Part shown: piece after piece, positions 24,791-35,036 of the stretch
Position numbering within the stretch: position 1 is the first letter of the stretch
Layout of the letters: each line of letters starts with the position of its first letter
DNA from: an uncultured Gammaproteobacteria bacterium
GTDB taxonomy: Bacteria; Patescibacteriota; Microgenomatia; PFEM01; JAPLYW01
Assembly: GCA_964546445.1 (NCBI GenBank)
Contig: CAZJJY010000002.1
Span: 1 to 38,099 of the forward strand
Reading direction: 5' to 3'
DNA: 38,099 bases
Position numbers and translations under genes: made by a program
Notes under the pieces: model-generated
Databases searched by the model: none
Seen by the model: the letters and a program-made list of their open reading frames with translations, nothing else
Told to the model about the DNA's origin: nothing

Positions 24791-25228
24791 TTATTTCTTG
24801 GCAGTTTCTTTAGAAGTTTTTACTTCCTCCTTTGTTCCTTTTTTATCTTCTTTTTTCTCTACTTTCTTTTCTGGTTTCTTGGTTAATTCTATCTTAACCA
24901 TCAAAGCATCATCGCCTCTGCGATTACCAATTTTGGTAATCCTGGTAAATCCGCTTTTTTTATCTTTAAACAAAGGGGCTAATTCATCAACGATTTTATT
25001 AACCGCCTTTTTGTTCTGTAAAAAAGAAAGAATAAGGCGTCGGGCATGAAGGGTCTGCTTCTTTCCCTTGGTAATCAGTTTATCAGTTAGCCCTCTAATA
25101 GCCAAAGCCTTGGTTTGGGTGGTTTTAATTTCCCCATGTAAAACCAAGCTGTTTATTAAACTTTTAAAGAGGGCTTTTCTCTGAGCTGAGTTTCGAGAAA
25201 GTTTTCGACCCTTAACTCTGTGCCTCAT
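24791..25228 (-). CDS. rplQ: 50S ribosomal protein L17, with a Lys/Glu-rich C-terminal tail
   Basis: MRHRVKGRKLSRNSAQRKALFKSL. The start ATG forms an ATGA overlap with the rpoA stop. Confidence 0.9.
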   Translation of the reverse strand: MRHRVKGRKLSRNSAQRKALFKSLINSLVLHGEIKTTQTKALAIRGLTDKLITKGKKQTLHARRLILSFLQNKKAVNKIVDELAPLFKDKKSGFTRITKIGNRRGDDALMVKIELTKKPEKKVEKKEDKKGTKEEVKTSKETAKK

Positions 25229-26151
25229 TTCTTTTTGCCAACCTCCCACTCAATACCCTGCTTTTTCAAAGCAGCTTTAACGGTTTTAATTGATTTATCC
25301 CCAAGGTTTTTAACCTTAGCTAAATTATCAGGATTAGCTCCGAATAAATCGGAAACAGTTCCGTAACCGCTCTTACGTAGAGCATTGACAATTCTGGTTG
25401 GAAGATCTAACTCTTCTAGAGTTAAGCTCCCCGTTTCAGAATCAATCTTTGATTCTTTAACCTTCTTAACCACTGCTTTCTTAGGGTTAATAATTTGGTT
25501 AAAGAAAGCAAGTAAGATATCGGCACTTGAAACAAGTGCGTCTTTTGCTTTAATACTACCATCGGTAGTAATTTCTAGAATCAACTTATCAAAGTCAATA
25601 CGTTGACCAATACGAGTTGCCTCGACTTGATAGTTAACTCTTTTGACAGGTGAAAAAGCAGCGTCAACTGGAATAACTCCCAATTTATCTACCTCTCTTT
25701 CTGTGGCCGGTGCATAACCAAAACCACGCTCAACGGTAATCTCAGCCTTCAAACTACTTTGTTTGTTAGCTAAATTAGCCAAAACATGATCTTTGTTAAC
25801 AATTTCTACTCCGGCGGAAGCCTTAATGTCTCCGGCTTTAACTTCACCAGGACCATTTTTTTCAAGCTCTAGCTTAACTGGCTTTTCACCTTCGTATTGA
25901 ACTCTAACTTCCTTAAGGTTAAGGATAAATTCAATGATATCCTCACTCATCCCCTCCAAAGTTGAGAATTTATGTTTAGCGCCGTTAATTTTTACCTGAG
26001 TGATAGCCGCTCCAGGTAAAGAACTTAGTAAAACTCGGCGTAGAGAATTACCTAAGGTTTGACCGTAACCTTGTTCTAAAGGTTCAATAATAAAACGACC
26101 ATAATCGTTTTTACTTTCTTCTGTCTTTATATCGAAAAGTGTTTTAAGCAT
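25225..26151 (-). CDS. rpoA: DNA-directed RNA polymerase subunit alpha
   Basis: GRFIIEPLEQGYGQTLGNSLRRVLLSS. The C-terminal domain has LEELDLPTRIVNALRKSGYGTVSDL. Confidence 0.95.
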   Translation of the reverse strand: MLKTLFDIKTEESKNDYGRFIIEPLEQGYGQTLGNSLRRVLLSSLPGAAITQVKINGAKHKFSTLEGMSEDIIEFILNLKEVRVQYEGEKPVKLELEKNGPGEVKAGDIKASAGVEIVNKDHVLANLANKQSSLKAEITVERGFGYAPATEREVDKLGVIPVDAAFSPVKRVNYQVEATRIGQRIDFDKLILEITTDGSIKAKDALVSSADILLAFFNQIINPKKAVVKKVKESKIDSETGSLTLEELDLPTRIVNALRKSGYGTVSDLFGANPDNLAKVKNLGDKSIKTVKAALKKQGIEWEVGKKK

Positions 26152-26177
26152 AATTTGCCTCCTTTAATATTTTAATT

Positions 26178-26801
26178 TTAACGAGAATAATATTCTACTA
26201 TTAATTTTTCATCAATGTCGCCTTCAATCTCATCTCTTTTAGGTAACCTGACTACTTGACCAACAGCGGCTTTTTTCTTCAGCCATGCTGGAATTTTTTC
26301 TTTAGTTTTTAACAACTTTTTAATTTCATCTAATTTTAAAGCTTTATCAGACAAACTTACAGTTTGTCCTGGTTTAAGTAAAAAAGAAGCGATGTTAACT
26401 TTCTTACCATCAACCAAAATATGTTTATGAGAAACTAATTGTCTCGCAAAAGATTTTGATGGAGCAAATTTTAATTTAAAAACAACATTATCCAATCTTG
26501 ATTCTAACATCTGTAATAATACTTCTCCTTTAAGTTCTTTTGCTTTCTGAGCTTTCTTAAAGTAATTATGAAGTTGCTTCTCTAATATTCCATAAGTTCT
26601 TTTAACCTTCTGTTTTTCTCTTAATTGTTTCCCATATTCACTTACTCTCGCTCTTGATGTTCTTAAACCATGTTGCCCTGGTGCAACCGGTCCTTTTTTA
26701 TCTATTGGACATGAAGGAGAATAACAACGATCTCCTTTTAAAAACAGTTTTACTTTTTCTCGCCGACATAGTCTACATTTAGGTCCTGTGTATTTTGCCA
26801 T
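26178..26801 (-). CDS. rpsD: 30S ribosomal protein S4
   Basis: MAKYTGPKCRLCRREKVKLFLKGDRC, with an S4 RNA-binding domain. Confidence 0.95.
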   Translation of the reverse strand: MAKYTGPKCRLCRREKVKLFLKGDRCYSPSCPIDKKGPVAPGQHGLRTSRARVSEYGKQLREKQKVKRTYGILEKQLHNYFKKAQKAKELKGEVLLQMLESRLDNVVFKLKFAPSKSFARQLVSHKHILVDGKKVNIASFLLKPGQTVSLSDKALKLDEIKKLLKTKEKIPAWLKKKAAVGQVVRLPKRDEIEGDIDEKLIVEYYSR

Positions 26802-26804
26802 TTT

Positions 26805-27146
26805 TTATACTCTCCTTTGCTTTCTTGCTCGAGGTCCATTATGAGGAATCGGTGTTACATCGGCAATTAAACTCATTTTTAGGCCAACTGACCTTAAAGC
26901 TCTTAAAGAAGCGTCTCTACCTGGCCCAGGTCCTTTAATATAAACTTCAACTTCGGTTACTCCCAATCCTTGGGCTTTTCTAGCCACGGTGTCAACAGCA
27001 CTAGTAGCCGCATAAGGAGTTGATTTTCTTGTTCCTTTAAAACCTAATGTTCCGGTTGAACCCCAACATAGAGTCTTCCCTTCCATATTGGTAAAGGTTA
27101 CTAAAGTATTATTAAAAGTGGCGGAAACAAAAACTTTTGCTTTCAT
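26805..27146 (-). CDS. rpsK: 30S ribosomal protein S11 (short N-terminus)
   Basis: SATFNNTLVTFTN..G....WGSTG..GFKGTRKSTPYAA...GPGPGRDASLRAL. Confidence 0.95.
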   Translation of the reverse strand: MKAKVFVSATFNNTLVTFTNMEGKTLCWGSTGTLGFKGTRKSTPYAATSAVDTVARKAQGLGVTEVEVYIKGPGPGRDASLRALRSVGLKMSLIADVTPIPHNGPRARKQRRV

Positions 27147-27150
27147 TATT

Positions 27151-27543
27151 TTATTCTGTTCCTAACTTAGCTCGATCATCTTTTTTCATCGCTCCGATAG
27201 TTTTTCTCTTACCGCGTTTAGTACGAGCGTTAGAACGAGTTCTTTGCCCTCTGGCTGGTAATCCATCGGTGTGTCTATGACCGCGATAGGAACCAATAGT
27301 TTTTAATCTTTGAATATCTTCTGAAACTTTCTTTCTTAAATCACCTTCAACCAAAAAAGTATCTAAAGATTTGGTGATACGAGATACTTCTTCACCAGAT
27401 AATTTACCAATTCTTTTATCAGGCTCAATTTTGGCCTTTTTTAAGACTTCCAAAACATTATGCTTACCTAAACCATAGATATAAGTAAGCCCAATGTCGG
27501 CTCTTTTGTTCTCTGGTAAGTCAATTCCAATAATTCTAGTCAT
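27151..27543 (-). CDS. rpsM: 30S ribosomal protein S13
   Basis: MTRIIGIDLPENKR...LTYIYGLG...GSYRGHRH..GLPARGQRTRSNART. Confidence 0.95.
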   Translation of the reverse strand: MTRIIGIDLPENKRADIGLTYIYGLGKHNVLEVLKKAKIEPDKRIGKLSGEEVSRITKSLDTFLVEGDLRKKVSEDIQRLKTIGSYRGHRHTDGLPARGQRTRSNARTKRGKRKTIGAMKKDDRAKLGTE

Positions 27544-27549
27544 CTTTAA

Positions 27550-27663
27550 TTAACCCTGCCTCTGTTTATGGGTCGGGTTTTCACAAATAATATAAAGTTT
27601 GTTTCGGCGTCGTACTGTTTTACATTTAATACAACGTTTTTTAACACTTGATTTAACTTTCAT
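27550..27663 (-). CDS. rpmJ: 50S ribosomal protein L36
   Basis: Not in the ORF track. Translation is [37 protein letters not shown] (37 aa), with CxxC...C..H zinc ligands, in the canonical infA-rpmJ-rpsM position. Confidence 0.9.
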   Translation of the reverse strand: MKVKSSVKKRCIKCKTVRRRNKLYIICENPTHKQRQG

Positions 27664-27665
27664 TT

Positions 27666-27884
27666 TTAATTTCTTCTAACTATTCTTCCTTTTTCGTCAT
27701 CATAAAGGGTCATCTCTAAATCAACTTGATCACCAACCATAACCTTAATATGATAAATTCTCATCTTCCCGGCTAGATGACACAAGATAATTCTTCCGTC
27801 TTCTAGCTCTACTCTAAAAGTTGCATTCGGTAGGGACTCAGTAACTTCGCCCTTTAATTTAATAGTTTCTTCCTTTTTTACCAT
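27666..27884 (-). CDS. infA: Translation initiation factor IF-1
   Basis: S1-like fold: [26 protein letters not shown]...I.V..GD.V..E...YD..KGRIV.R. Confidence 0.95.
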   Translation of the reverse strand: MVKKEETIKLKGEVTESLPNATFRVELEDGRIILCHLAGKMRIYHIKVMVGDQVDLEMTLYDDEKGRIVRRN

Positions 27885-27932
27885 CTTTTTTGTTCTTATA
27901 TTCTACCAAACCTATAACCTTTAGTCCAGAAC

Positions 27933-28691
27933 CTAATTTAAGGCTGTTAAAACTACCGGTTCTTTACCTCTAACAAGCACCGAATGTTCAAAAAGTGCGG
28001 ATAATTTTCCATCTTCCGTCTCTATTGTCCAATCATCCTCCTTAATAACTAACCCAGGTTTCCCCTGTACATAAATAACTTCTATAGCTAAAACCATGCC
28101 ATCTTTGATTAAATCTGTATTTTCCATTCTTCCTTGAAAAAAACAAGGAATCATTGGATCTTCATGCAATTCTCTACCTACTCCATGCCCAGTTAGATTC
28201 TTGACTGGATTAAAACCAGCCTTTTTTAACTCTTTTTGAATAGCTTGTGAGATATGACCAATTCGGTTACCTGATTTGGCCTGTTTTATAGCTGACCTCA
28301 AGGCTTTTCTACCTGCTTTTAAAAATTTCTCTTTTTTCCTATCCTTTTTGTCACTAATAAGAATTGTTTCGGCCATATCAGTATGGAAACCCTTATAAAA
28401 TATACCAATATCAATACTTAAAAGATCACCTTTCCTTAATTTATAACCATCAGGAATACCATGAACAACCCCTTCATTAATATTTAAACAACTTGCCCAT
28501 CTATACCCTGAAACCATTTTAAAAGAAGCTTTTCCATTTTGTTCTTCAATTAACTTGGATATTAGATTTTCTAAAGAAGATAAACTTTTCCCTACTTCTG
28601 CTTGCTTTTTAGCCTCCCTTAAAACAAAGGCTAATTTTTTACCCCCTTCGATCATGACATCAACCTGCTTTTTATTCTTAATAAATATCAT
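27933..28691 (-). CDS. map: Methionine aminopeptidase, type I
   Basis: Pita-bread fold ligand context (GIPDGY.L..GDLLSIDIG..Y.GFHTD, GHGVGRELHEDP, LAIEV, EH). Confidence 0.9.
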   Translation of the reverse strand: MIFIKNKKQVDVMIEGGKKLAFVLREAKKQAEVGKSLSSLENLISKLIEEQNGKASFKMVSGYRWASCLNINEGVVHGIPDGYKLRKGDLLSIDIGIFYKGFHTDMAETILISDKKDRKKEKFLKAGRKALRSAIKQAKSGNRIGHISQAIQKELKKAGFNPVKNLTGHGVGRELHEDPMIPCFFQGRMENTDLIKDGMVLAIEVIYVQGKPGLVIKEDDWTIETEDGKLSALFEHSVLVRGKEPVVLTALN

Positions 28692-29227
28692 TAGCTACTC
28701 AAATTTAATTTTTCTAAAATATCTTGATGAATTTTTTCTATTTCTCTTTCTCCACCAACTTCAATTAAAATCCCTTTTTCTTTATAAAAATCTAAAACTT
28801 GCCTAGTCTCTTCGTGAAAAATATCTAATCTTTCTTTAATAGCCTCTTCTGTATCATCTTTTCTTCCTCTTTTAAATAATCTTTTTTTACTTTCTTCATT
28901 AGAAATATTAATATATAAAACCTTTTCTAATTCAAAATTAAATTCCCTAGCTTGTTCAACATTTCTTGGGAAACCATCAATAACTACTCCATTTTCATAA
29001 GAAGATGATTTTAACTGTTCATTTAAAATCTTTAATGTTAATTCATCTTCAACTAAAGTTCCTTCTTCCATCGCCTCTTTTATCTCTTTTGCTTCTTTAG
29101 TATCTGCTTTAGAAATATAGGAAAGTAAATTCCCAACGGTTAAACAGGGAACTCCCAGAAAATCAGCTAACATTTTAGCCTGAGTTGATTTACCTGATCC
29201 TGCAGGTCCTAATAAAATAAAATTCAT
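28691..29227 (-). CDS. adk: Adenylate kinase (short-lid form)
   Basis: P-loop LLGPAGSGKSTQAK, and VIDGFPRNVEQA. 178 aa, with no Cys4 lid. Confidence 0.9.
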   Translation of the reverse strand: MNFILLGPAGSGKSTQAKMLADFLGVPCLTVGNLLSYISKADTKEAKEIKEAMEEGTLVEDELTLKILNEQLKSSSYENGVVIDGFPRNVEQAREFNFELEKVLYINISNEESKKRLFKRGRKDDTEEAIKERLDIFHEETRQVLDFYKEKGILIEVGGEREIEKIHQDILEKLNLSS

Positions 29228-30514
29228 TTATTTAGAATAACTATCATAACTACGCATAACCATCATTGATTCCAATTGTCTGGTTGTTTCTAAAACAACT
29301 GAGACAACAATAAGAATTCCTGTTCCCCCTAAGCTCATGGTCGCAACCCCAGTTATTCCTTGGGCAATAGAAGGTAAAATAGCAACAACACCTAAGAATA
29401 ATGCTCCAACTAAAGTAAGCCTACTTAAAATTTTATTAAGGTAATGAACGGTTGGTTCTCCTGGTCTAATACCAGGAATAAAACCACCGTACTTTTTAAT
29501 CTCATCAGCAACCTTTTTAGGATTAAAGATAGCAGCGGTATAAAAATAAGTAAAACCGATAACCAAAACAAAATAAATAAAATTATAGGAAAATCCATTC
29601 GGTCTAAAAAATCTTGTTACACCTGTAGCAAAACGAGCCAAAAGATCATTCGGAACTCCTTGTAAAAAATTAGCTAACATGGAAGGAAGTAAAACTAAAG
29701 AAACAGCAAAAATAATAGGAATTACTCCAGCTTGATTAATCTTCAAGGGCAAATAGGTAGACTGACCTCCATACATTTTTTGCCCACTAATACGACGCGC
29801 ATACTGAATTTTAATCTTTCTTTTAGCCTCATTAATAAAGACAATCCCCGCAATAACGGCAATTCCCATAATGACAAAGATTAAAATATTCAAGGCATTT
29901 TCTGGACTAAAGATACTGGCTGTCTGTCCAAAAGAAGCTGGTAAACGGCCAACAATACCGGCAAAAATAACCATAGAAATACCGTTACCAATTCCTTTTT
30001 CAGAAATTAATTCTCCCAACCACATTAAAAAGACAGTTCCGGCCACCATGGTTACAACTAAAGTCAATAGCCTGAGAGGGTCTAAATTAGCAATAATACC
30101 TTGGTTACGTAGTAAAGCGTACATTCCAAAAGATTGCATGGCTGCCAAAGGAATTGTGGTCATTCTAATATACTGTTGAATTTTCTTTTGCCCATATTCA
30201 CCTTCTTTTTGTAAAGCCTCTAACTTAGGAATAACCATGGTTAAAAGTTGGAAAATAATGGAAGCATTAATGTAAGGATTTAATCCCAAAGCCATAATGG
30301 AGAAGTTGGCTAGTGTTCCTCCGGAAAAGATATCCAAGAGACCTAAAAGCTGGTTTTGAGCAAACAAGCTCTTTAAAGCAGCTGCATTAACAGCTGGAAC
30401 AGGAATATGAGCGGCTAATCTGAAGACAACAAAAATAAAAGCCGTAAATAAGATACGACGGCGAAGTTCAGGAATTCTCCAAGCATTAACAATAGTATTT
30501 AAAATTTTGTTCAT
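29228..30514 (-). CDS. secY: Preprotein translocase subunit SecY
   Basis: 10-TM profile. [16 protein letters not shown], and [13 protein letters not shown]. Confidence 0.95.
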   Translation of the reverse strand: MNKILNTIVNAWRIPELRRRILFTAFIFVVFRLAAHIPVPAVNAAALKSLFAQNQLLGLLDIFSGGTLANFSIMALGLNPYINASIIFQLLTMVIPKLEALQKEGEYGQKKIQQYIRMTTIPLAAMQSFGMYALLRNQGIIANLDPLRLLTLVVTMVAGTVFLMWLGELISEKGIGNGISMVIFAGIVGRLPASFGQTASIFSPENALNILIFVIMGIAVIAGIVFINEAKRKIKIQYARRISGQKMYGGQSTYLPLKINQAGVIPIIFAVSLVLLPSMLANFLQGVPNDLLARFATGVTRFFRPNGFSYNFIYFVLVIGFTYFYTAAIFNPKKVADEIKKYGGFIPGIRPGEPTVHYLNKILSRLTLVGALFLGVVAILPSIAQGITGVATMSLGGTGILIVVSVVLETTRQLESMMVMRSYDSYSK

Positions 30515-30978
30515 TTAGCTTTAGATTTCTCTTGCAAAACCTTACCGCCTGCTTTTTCTATTTTCTTTTTGGCTGACTTAGAACAGGGCAAATCAACCTT
30601 TAAGGCTATCTCTAGTTTACCATCACCGAGTATTTTAACGCCAAATTTTTCGGCTTGCTTTGAATCAACAATACCTAATTTGGCTAAACTATCTTTATTA
30701 ACCTTATCATCTTTTTTAAATAAACTAAGATAACTAAGGTTAACTATCAAAGGTTTGTTTTTGATAGCCTTTAGTTTTTCTTTACCTCTTTGCAAAGGTA
30801 ATCTTTTGAAAAGTGACTTTTTAGATTTTGTCCCTGAAAAATCCAAAGGAATTTTCCCTCTAGACTTGGCTCCTTTAGAACCGCGACCCGATGTATGGCC
30901 ACCTTTACCTGAGCCGTAACCACGACCGACTCTTTTCTTTGATGATTTGGTGGTTTTCTTAAGATTATTAAGATTCAT
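30511..30978 (-). CDS. rplO: 50S ribosomal protein L15
   Basis: [23 protein letters not shown]. Its ATG overlaps the S5 stop by 1 nt (TAATG). Confidence 0.9.
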   Translation of the reverse strand: MNLNNLKKTTKSSKKRVGRGYGSGKGGHTSGRGSKGAKSRGKIPLDFSGTKSKKSLFKRLPLQRGKEKLKAIKNKPLIVNLSYLSLFKKDDKVNKDSLAKLGIVDSKQAEKFGVKILGDGKLEIALKVDLPCSKSAKKKIEKAGGKVLQEKSKAK

Positions 30979-31439
30979 TATTTTTTCTCCTTTTGATAAA
31001 TAGTTGATAATTTTTGTAAAGCTGCCAAAGTAACATAAACATTACTGGCCTTGTTAGTTGTTCCTAAAATCTTAGCTACGATATCTCTTATCCCAGCTAA
31101 TTCAACAACCACCCTGACTGGGCCACCAGCAATAAGACCGGTTCCTTTTGGAGCTGGTTTTAATATTATTTTAGCCGCTCCTTTTTTCATTCTTACCTCA
31201 TAAGGAATAGTTGTCTCTTTTATAGGAACATCAATTAAATTTTTTCTAGCCTTACTAATTCCTTTCTTAATTCCTCCTCTAACATCTAATGCTTTCCCTA
31301 AACCTACTCCAACTCTTCCTTTTCTGTCACCGACAACGGTCAGAACAGAAAACCCAATCTTGTTTCCTCCTTTGGTTTTTTTAGAAACACGACTAATTTG
31401 AACTATTTTTTCTTCAAAATCCCTAGCATCTTCTTCCAT
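30978..31439 (-). CDS. rpsE: 30S ribosomal protein S5
   Basis: KIVQISRVSKKTKGGNKIGFSVLTVVGD..G.VG.G.GKA..V..........AGGPVR.V.E.AGI.D. Confidence 0.95.
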   Translation of the reverse strand: MEEDARDFEEKIVQISRVSKKTKGGNKIGFSVLTVVGDRKGRVGVGLGKALDVRGGIKKGISKARKNLIDVPIKETTIPYEVRMKKGAAKIILKPAPKGTGLIAGGPVRVVVELAGIRDIVAKILGTTNKASNVYVTLAALQKLSTIYQKEKK

Positions 31440-31774
31440 TAGAATTCTAAGCCTCCTTTTCTGGCCCCTTCAGCTAATGCTTTAACACGACCATGATATT
31501 TATAAGAACGTCTATCAAATTTTATTTTTTTAACTCCTGCTTTTTTAGCCTTTTCAGCTAAAAGCTCACCAACTAAACCTGCCTTTTTAACCTTGGTTAT
31601 TTTTTCTTTAAGATCTTTTTTATTTAATTCTTTTTCACCACATGATACTAAGGTATGACTCTCTTTATCATCAATAATCTGAGCATAAATATATTTATTG
31701 GAACGAAAAACAGCCAAGCGAAAACGTTTATCTACATTTTTATTATTTTTCTGTTTTTTTATTTCTTTTTTCAT
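31439..31774 (-). CDS. rplR: 50S ribosomal protein L18
   Basis: RFRLAVFRSNKYIYAQIIDD...FDR..YKYHGRVKALAEGAR..GL.F. Confidence 0.95.
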   Translation of the reverse strand: MKKEIKKQKNNKNVDKRFRLAVFRSNKYIYAQIIDDKESHTLVSCGEKELNKKDLKEKITKVKKAGLVGELLAEKAKKAGVKKIKFDRRSYKYHGRVKALAEGARKGGLEF

Positions 31775-31776
31775 TT

Positions 31777-32346
31777 TTATTCTGCTCCTCCGGCCCCAGC
31801 AGCTCCAGCCTTACCAGCCTTACCAGCTTTTCTTCTAACATGTTCATCTTCATAACGGATCCCTTTTCCTTTATAGGGTTCTGGTGGACGAAAACTACGG
31901 ATCTTGGCCGCAGTTTCACCAACTAAACCTTTGTCAATTCCAGAAACAATAACGGTATCATTCCCTTGAACCTCAAATTTAATTCCTTCAGGTGAGGTAA
32001 TTTCTACTAAATGAGAAAATCCCAAAGAAAAGACTAATTTATTACCCTCTAGATTTACTCTATAACCAACGCCGACAATTTTTAAAGTTTTACTAAAGCC
32101 TTCGGTAACTCCATAAATCATATTAAAAGTTAGAGTTCTTATTAAACCATGCAAGGCTTTAAAAGATTTTACTTTTGGCTTTGAATTTGTAACAAAAATT
32201 TGATTATCTTTAATCTCTACTTTTATTCCAAAAGGGACTTTAAGATTTAAATTTCCTTTAGGACCACTGACCTCAACTTTATGTCCTTCAAGTTTAATGG
32301 TCACTCCTTCTTTAATATCAATTGGTTTTTCTCCGACTCTACTCAT
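31777..32346 (-). CDS. rplF: 50S ribosomal protein L6, with a Gly/Ala/Lys tail
   Basis: MSRVGEKPIDI..GV......V.V.GPKG, and PEPYKGKGIRY. Start set at ATG 32346. The tail is KAGKAGKAGAAGAGGAE. Confidence 0.9.
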   Translation of the reverse strand: MSRVGEKPIDIKEGVTIKLEGHKVEVSGPKGNLNLKVPFGIKVEIKDNQIFVTNSKPKVKSFKALHGLIRTLTFNMIYGVTEGFSKTLKIVGVGYRVNLEGNKLVFSLGFSHLVEITSPEGIKFEVQGNDTVIVSGIDKGLVGETAAKIRSFRPPEPYKGKGIRYEDEHVRRKAGKAGKAGAAGAGGAE

Positions 32347-32353
32347 ATTATTT

Positions 32354-32752
32354 TTACCAAATCTGGCAAATGACCTCCCCTCCAAGATTAGCTTTCCTAG
32401 CCTCTTTTCTGGTCATTAATCCTTTAGGCGTTGAAACAATGGTTATACCAATTCCTTCCCTAACTTGAGGAATTTTATCAACCTTGGCATAAATTCTTAA
32501 ACCCGGTTTTGAAATTATTTTAATAGTTGTCAAAGAAGGTTGGTGAGATCTATATTTTAAGGTTAATTTTAGTCTCTTAAAGTTCTTATTTACCTTTTCT
32601 TCTTTGATATTCTTAAGATAACCTTCTTTAAGAAGAAGCTTAGCTATTTCATTCAAGATCTTAGAATAATCAACCTCAACCGTTCTCTTGCCGACCTGAT
32701 AGGCATTTTTAATTCTAATTAACATATCTGATACTGGATGCATAACTACCAT
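32354..32752 (-). CDS. rpsH: 30S ribosomal protein S8
   Basis: [17 protein letters not shown]...GGEVICQIW. Confidence 0.95.
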   Translation of the reverse strand: MVVMHPVSDMLIRIKNAYQVGKRTVEVDYSKILNEIAKLLLKEGYLKNIKEEKVNKNFKRLKLTLKYRSHQPSLTTIKIISKPGLRIYAKVDKIPQVREGIGITIVSTPKGLMTRKEARKANLGGEVICQIW

Positions 32753-32931
32753 GATGATTTTGTTACTCCTGGTAACTCTCCTTTATTGGCTAATTCTCTA
32801 AAACAAATTCGACATAAACCAAAAAGACGCATAAAAGAACGTGGTCGTCCACAAAGCAGACAACGATTACGTTTTCTTGTTACGTATTTTGGTTTTTTTA
32901 GATTTTTAACTCTCTTTGATGTTTTAGACAT
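32746..32931 (-). CDS. rpsN: 30S ribosomal protein S14, type Z (zinc-binding, 61 aa)
   Basis: [41 protein letters not shown]. Confidence 0.95.
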   Translation of the reverse strand: MSKTSKRVKNLKKPKYVTRKRNRCLLCGRPRSFMRLFGLCRICFRELANKGELPGVTKSSW

Positions 32932-33478
32932 TTTTTAAATCCTTTTCAAACGGCATTCCTAATTCTGTTAACAATCTTTCTGCTTTTTTATTTTCATTGG
33001 TATCGGTCACAATGGTAATTTGCAAACCACGAGTCTTATCAATCTTGGCGTAATCAATTTCTGGAAAAACGATTTGCTCCTTTAAGCCCAAATTATAATT
33101 ACCACGACCGTCAAAACCTTTTTTAGGAACTCCCTTAAAATCACGCAGTCTAGGAAAAACAATTGTAAACAGTTTTTCCAAGAAATTATACATTCTTTTA
33201 CCTCTTAAATTAACTACCAAACCGATTGGATCACCTTCTCTTAATTTAAAACCAGCAATTGATAAACGAGCTTTAGCCACTTTTGGAATTTGTCCAGTAA
33301 TGGCAATCATATCTTCTTTGGCTTTTTCAACAATCTTTTTATCTTCGGTTGCCTCCCCAATCCCCATGTTAATAACAACCTTTTCAACCTTAGGAACAGT
33401 AAAAACATTATCAATCTTAAACTCCTTTTGTAGCTTAGCTTTTATTTCTTTTTGGTATCTTTCTCTTAAATTAGTCAT
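32924..33478 (-). CDS. rplE: 50S ribosomal protein L5
   Basis: [12 protein letters not shown]...[11 protein letters not shown]...[18 protein letters not shown]. Start set at ATG 33478. Confidence 0.9.
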   Translation of the reverse strand: MTNLRERYQKEIKAKLQKEFKIDNVFTVPKVEKVVINMGIGEATEDKKIVEKAKEDMIAITGQIPKVAKARLSIAGFKLREGDPIGLVVNLRGKRMYNFLEKLFTIVFPRLRDFKGVPKKGFDGRGNYNLGLKEQIVFPEIDYAKIDKTRGLQITIVTDTNENKKAERLLTELGMPFEKDLKNV

Positions 33479-33480
33479 TT

Positions 33481-33786
33481 TTATAATAAGGCATGACATT
33501 TTTTACAAATACGTTGTTTTTCTCCTTTGCTTAATTGAAAACCAACTCTTGTTTTTTTATTACATTTAGAACATAACAAAGCGACATTAGTTAAAGATAT
33601 CGGCATAACCTTATCAACAATACCTCCTGGCTTACCTTGACCTTGAGATTTAAGATGTCTTTTAGAAACATTAATCCCAGGAATCAAAACTTTTCCTGTT
33701 TTAGGAAAAACTTTATCAATTTTTCCTTTTCTTCCTTTATCTTTACCTTTAATAACAATAATTTTATCGCCTTTTTTTAATTTCAT
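33481..33786 (-). CDS. rplX: 50S ribosomal protein L24 (with a CxxC...CxxC insertion)
   Basis: [23 protein letters not shown] (KOW motif). The C-terminal part carries CSKC...CKKC. Confidence 0.9.
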   Translation of the reverse strand: MKLKKGDKIIVIKGKDKGRKGKIDKVFPKTGKVLIPGINVSKRHLKSQGQGKPGGIVDKVMPISLTNVALLCSKCNKKTRVGFQLSKGEKQRICKKCHALL

Positions 33787-34151
33787 ATAACCTCCGGAGC
33801 TAAGGATGCTATCTTAGCATAGCCTTTATCTTTAATCTCTCTGGCAATCGGTCCAAAAACACGAGTTCCTCTAGGATTACCATCTTTGTCAATAATAACA
33901 ACGGCATTATCGTCAAAGCGGATATAAGAGCCATCATCTCTTCTTCTTTCTTTTCTAGTTCTAACAATTAAACATTTCACCATTTCTTTATCCTTAACAA
34001 CTCCGCTTGGAGTAGCTTGATCGACAACAGCTAAGACAATATCTCCAATTCTAGAAAAACGCCTTCTAGAACCACCATAAAGATGAATGACCATTAATCT
34101 TTTGGCGCCACTGTTATCGGCTGGTTTTAAAATACTTCTTAATTGAATCAT
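33783..34151 (-). CDS. rplN: 50S ribosomal protein L14
   Basis: [22 protein letters not shown]...[10 protein letters not shown]...[10 protein letters not shown]. Confidence 0.95.
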   Translation of the reverse strand: MIQLRSILKPADNSGAKRLMVIHLYGGSRRRFSRIGDIVLAVVDQATPSGVVKDKEMVKCLIVRTRKERRRDDGSYIRFDDNAVVIIDKDGNPRGTRVFGPIAREIKDKGYAKIASLAPEVI

Positions 34152-34153
34152 GA

Positions 34154-34420
34154 TTATTTTTTACTTTTTTTAGTTTCTTTTTTAACTTGCTTATCTTTGA
34201 CAATCTCGACAATTTTATGTTTTTTAGTTTTGCTAATTGGGCGACAATCCTGAAATTTCACCTTGTCATTAACTTTAACCCCAATTTCATCATGAACATG
34301 ATAAGTCTTCTTGACTCTTAAACGTTTTTTATAAATCGGGTGGACTTTAATTCTTAAAACCGACACCTTAGCCGTTTTATCCATTTTAGTCCCAATAACT
34401 TTACCTACAAACTGTTTCAT
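34154..34420 (-). CDS. rpsQ: 30S ribosomal protein S17
   Basis: [17 protein letters not shown]...HP.YKK......K.YHVHDE...V.GD.V....CRP.SK.K. Confidence 0.9.
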   Translation of the reverse strand: MKQFVGKVIGTKMDKTAKVSVLRIKVHPIYKKRLRVKKTYHVHDEIGVKVNDKVKFQDCRPISKTKKHKIVEIVKDKQVKKETKKSKK

Positions 34421-34620
34421 GAATTTAACTCCTTTTCTCTAATAATCGTTTTAATTTTTGCTAAATCAACTTTCTTTTGACCTAATAAAGAAATATTTTT
34501 TAACTTGGCTGTTCTTTTATCCATTTTTAATTTAAAAATTTCTTGATCGACTTTTTTAACCTGTTCTCTTAAGGCTTTTAAATCTTTTGTTTTTAATTCT
34601 TCAAATTGTTTCTTTTTCAT
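34417..34620 (-). CDS. rpmC: 50S ribosomal protein L29
   Basis: 67-aa helical protein, ...ELKTKDLKALREQV..........LKM.......N.......K.DLAKIKTI. It sits in the canonical position between L16 and S17. Confidence 0.85.
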   Translation of the reverse strand: MKKKQFEELKTKDLKALREQVKKVDQEIFKLKMDKRTAKLKNISLLGQKKVDLAKIKTIIREKELNS

Positions 34621-34623
34621 TTT

Positions 34624-35034
34624 TTAATCCTCTTTACTAATAATTTTTGTTTTAAAAGGTAATTTAGCTGCCGCTCTTTTTAAAGCCTGATGGGCAATCT
34701 CTTTTGGAACTCCGGCTAATTCAAAAATAATTTTTCCAGGAATAATAGTCACCACATATGTATCGACATCTCCTTTACCACCACCCATTCTAACTCCACT
34801 TGGTTTTTTGGTAATTGGTTTATCGGTAAAAACTCTAATCCAAACCTTACCAGCTCTTTTAGTATGATGAGAAATTGATTTTCTAGCTGCTTCAAGCTGG
34901 TTGTTTTTAAGCCAACCACGACCCAAACTCTTTAATCCATATTCACCAAAAGCTAGGGTATTACCTCTGGAAGCAAAACCTCTCATCTTGCCGCGAAACT
35001 GTTTTTTAAATTTACTTTTCCTTGGTTGTAACAT
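34624..35034 (-). CDS. rplP: 50S ribosomal protein L16
   Basis: MLQPRKSKFKKQFRGKMRG.A.RGN.L.FGEYGLK...RMGGGKG. Confidence 0.95.
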   Translation of the reverse strand: MLQPRKSKFKKQFRGKMRGFASRGNTLAFGEYGLKSLGRGWLKNNQLEAARKSISHHTKRAGKVWIRVFTDKPITKKPSGVRMGGGKGDVDTYVVTIIPGKIIFELAGVPKEIAHQALKRAAAKLPFKTKIISKED

Positions 35035-35036
35035 AA

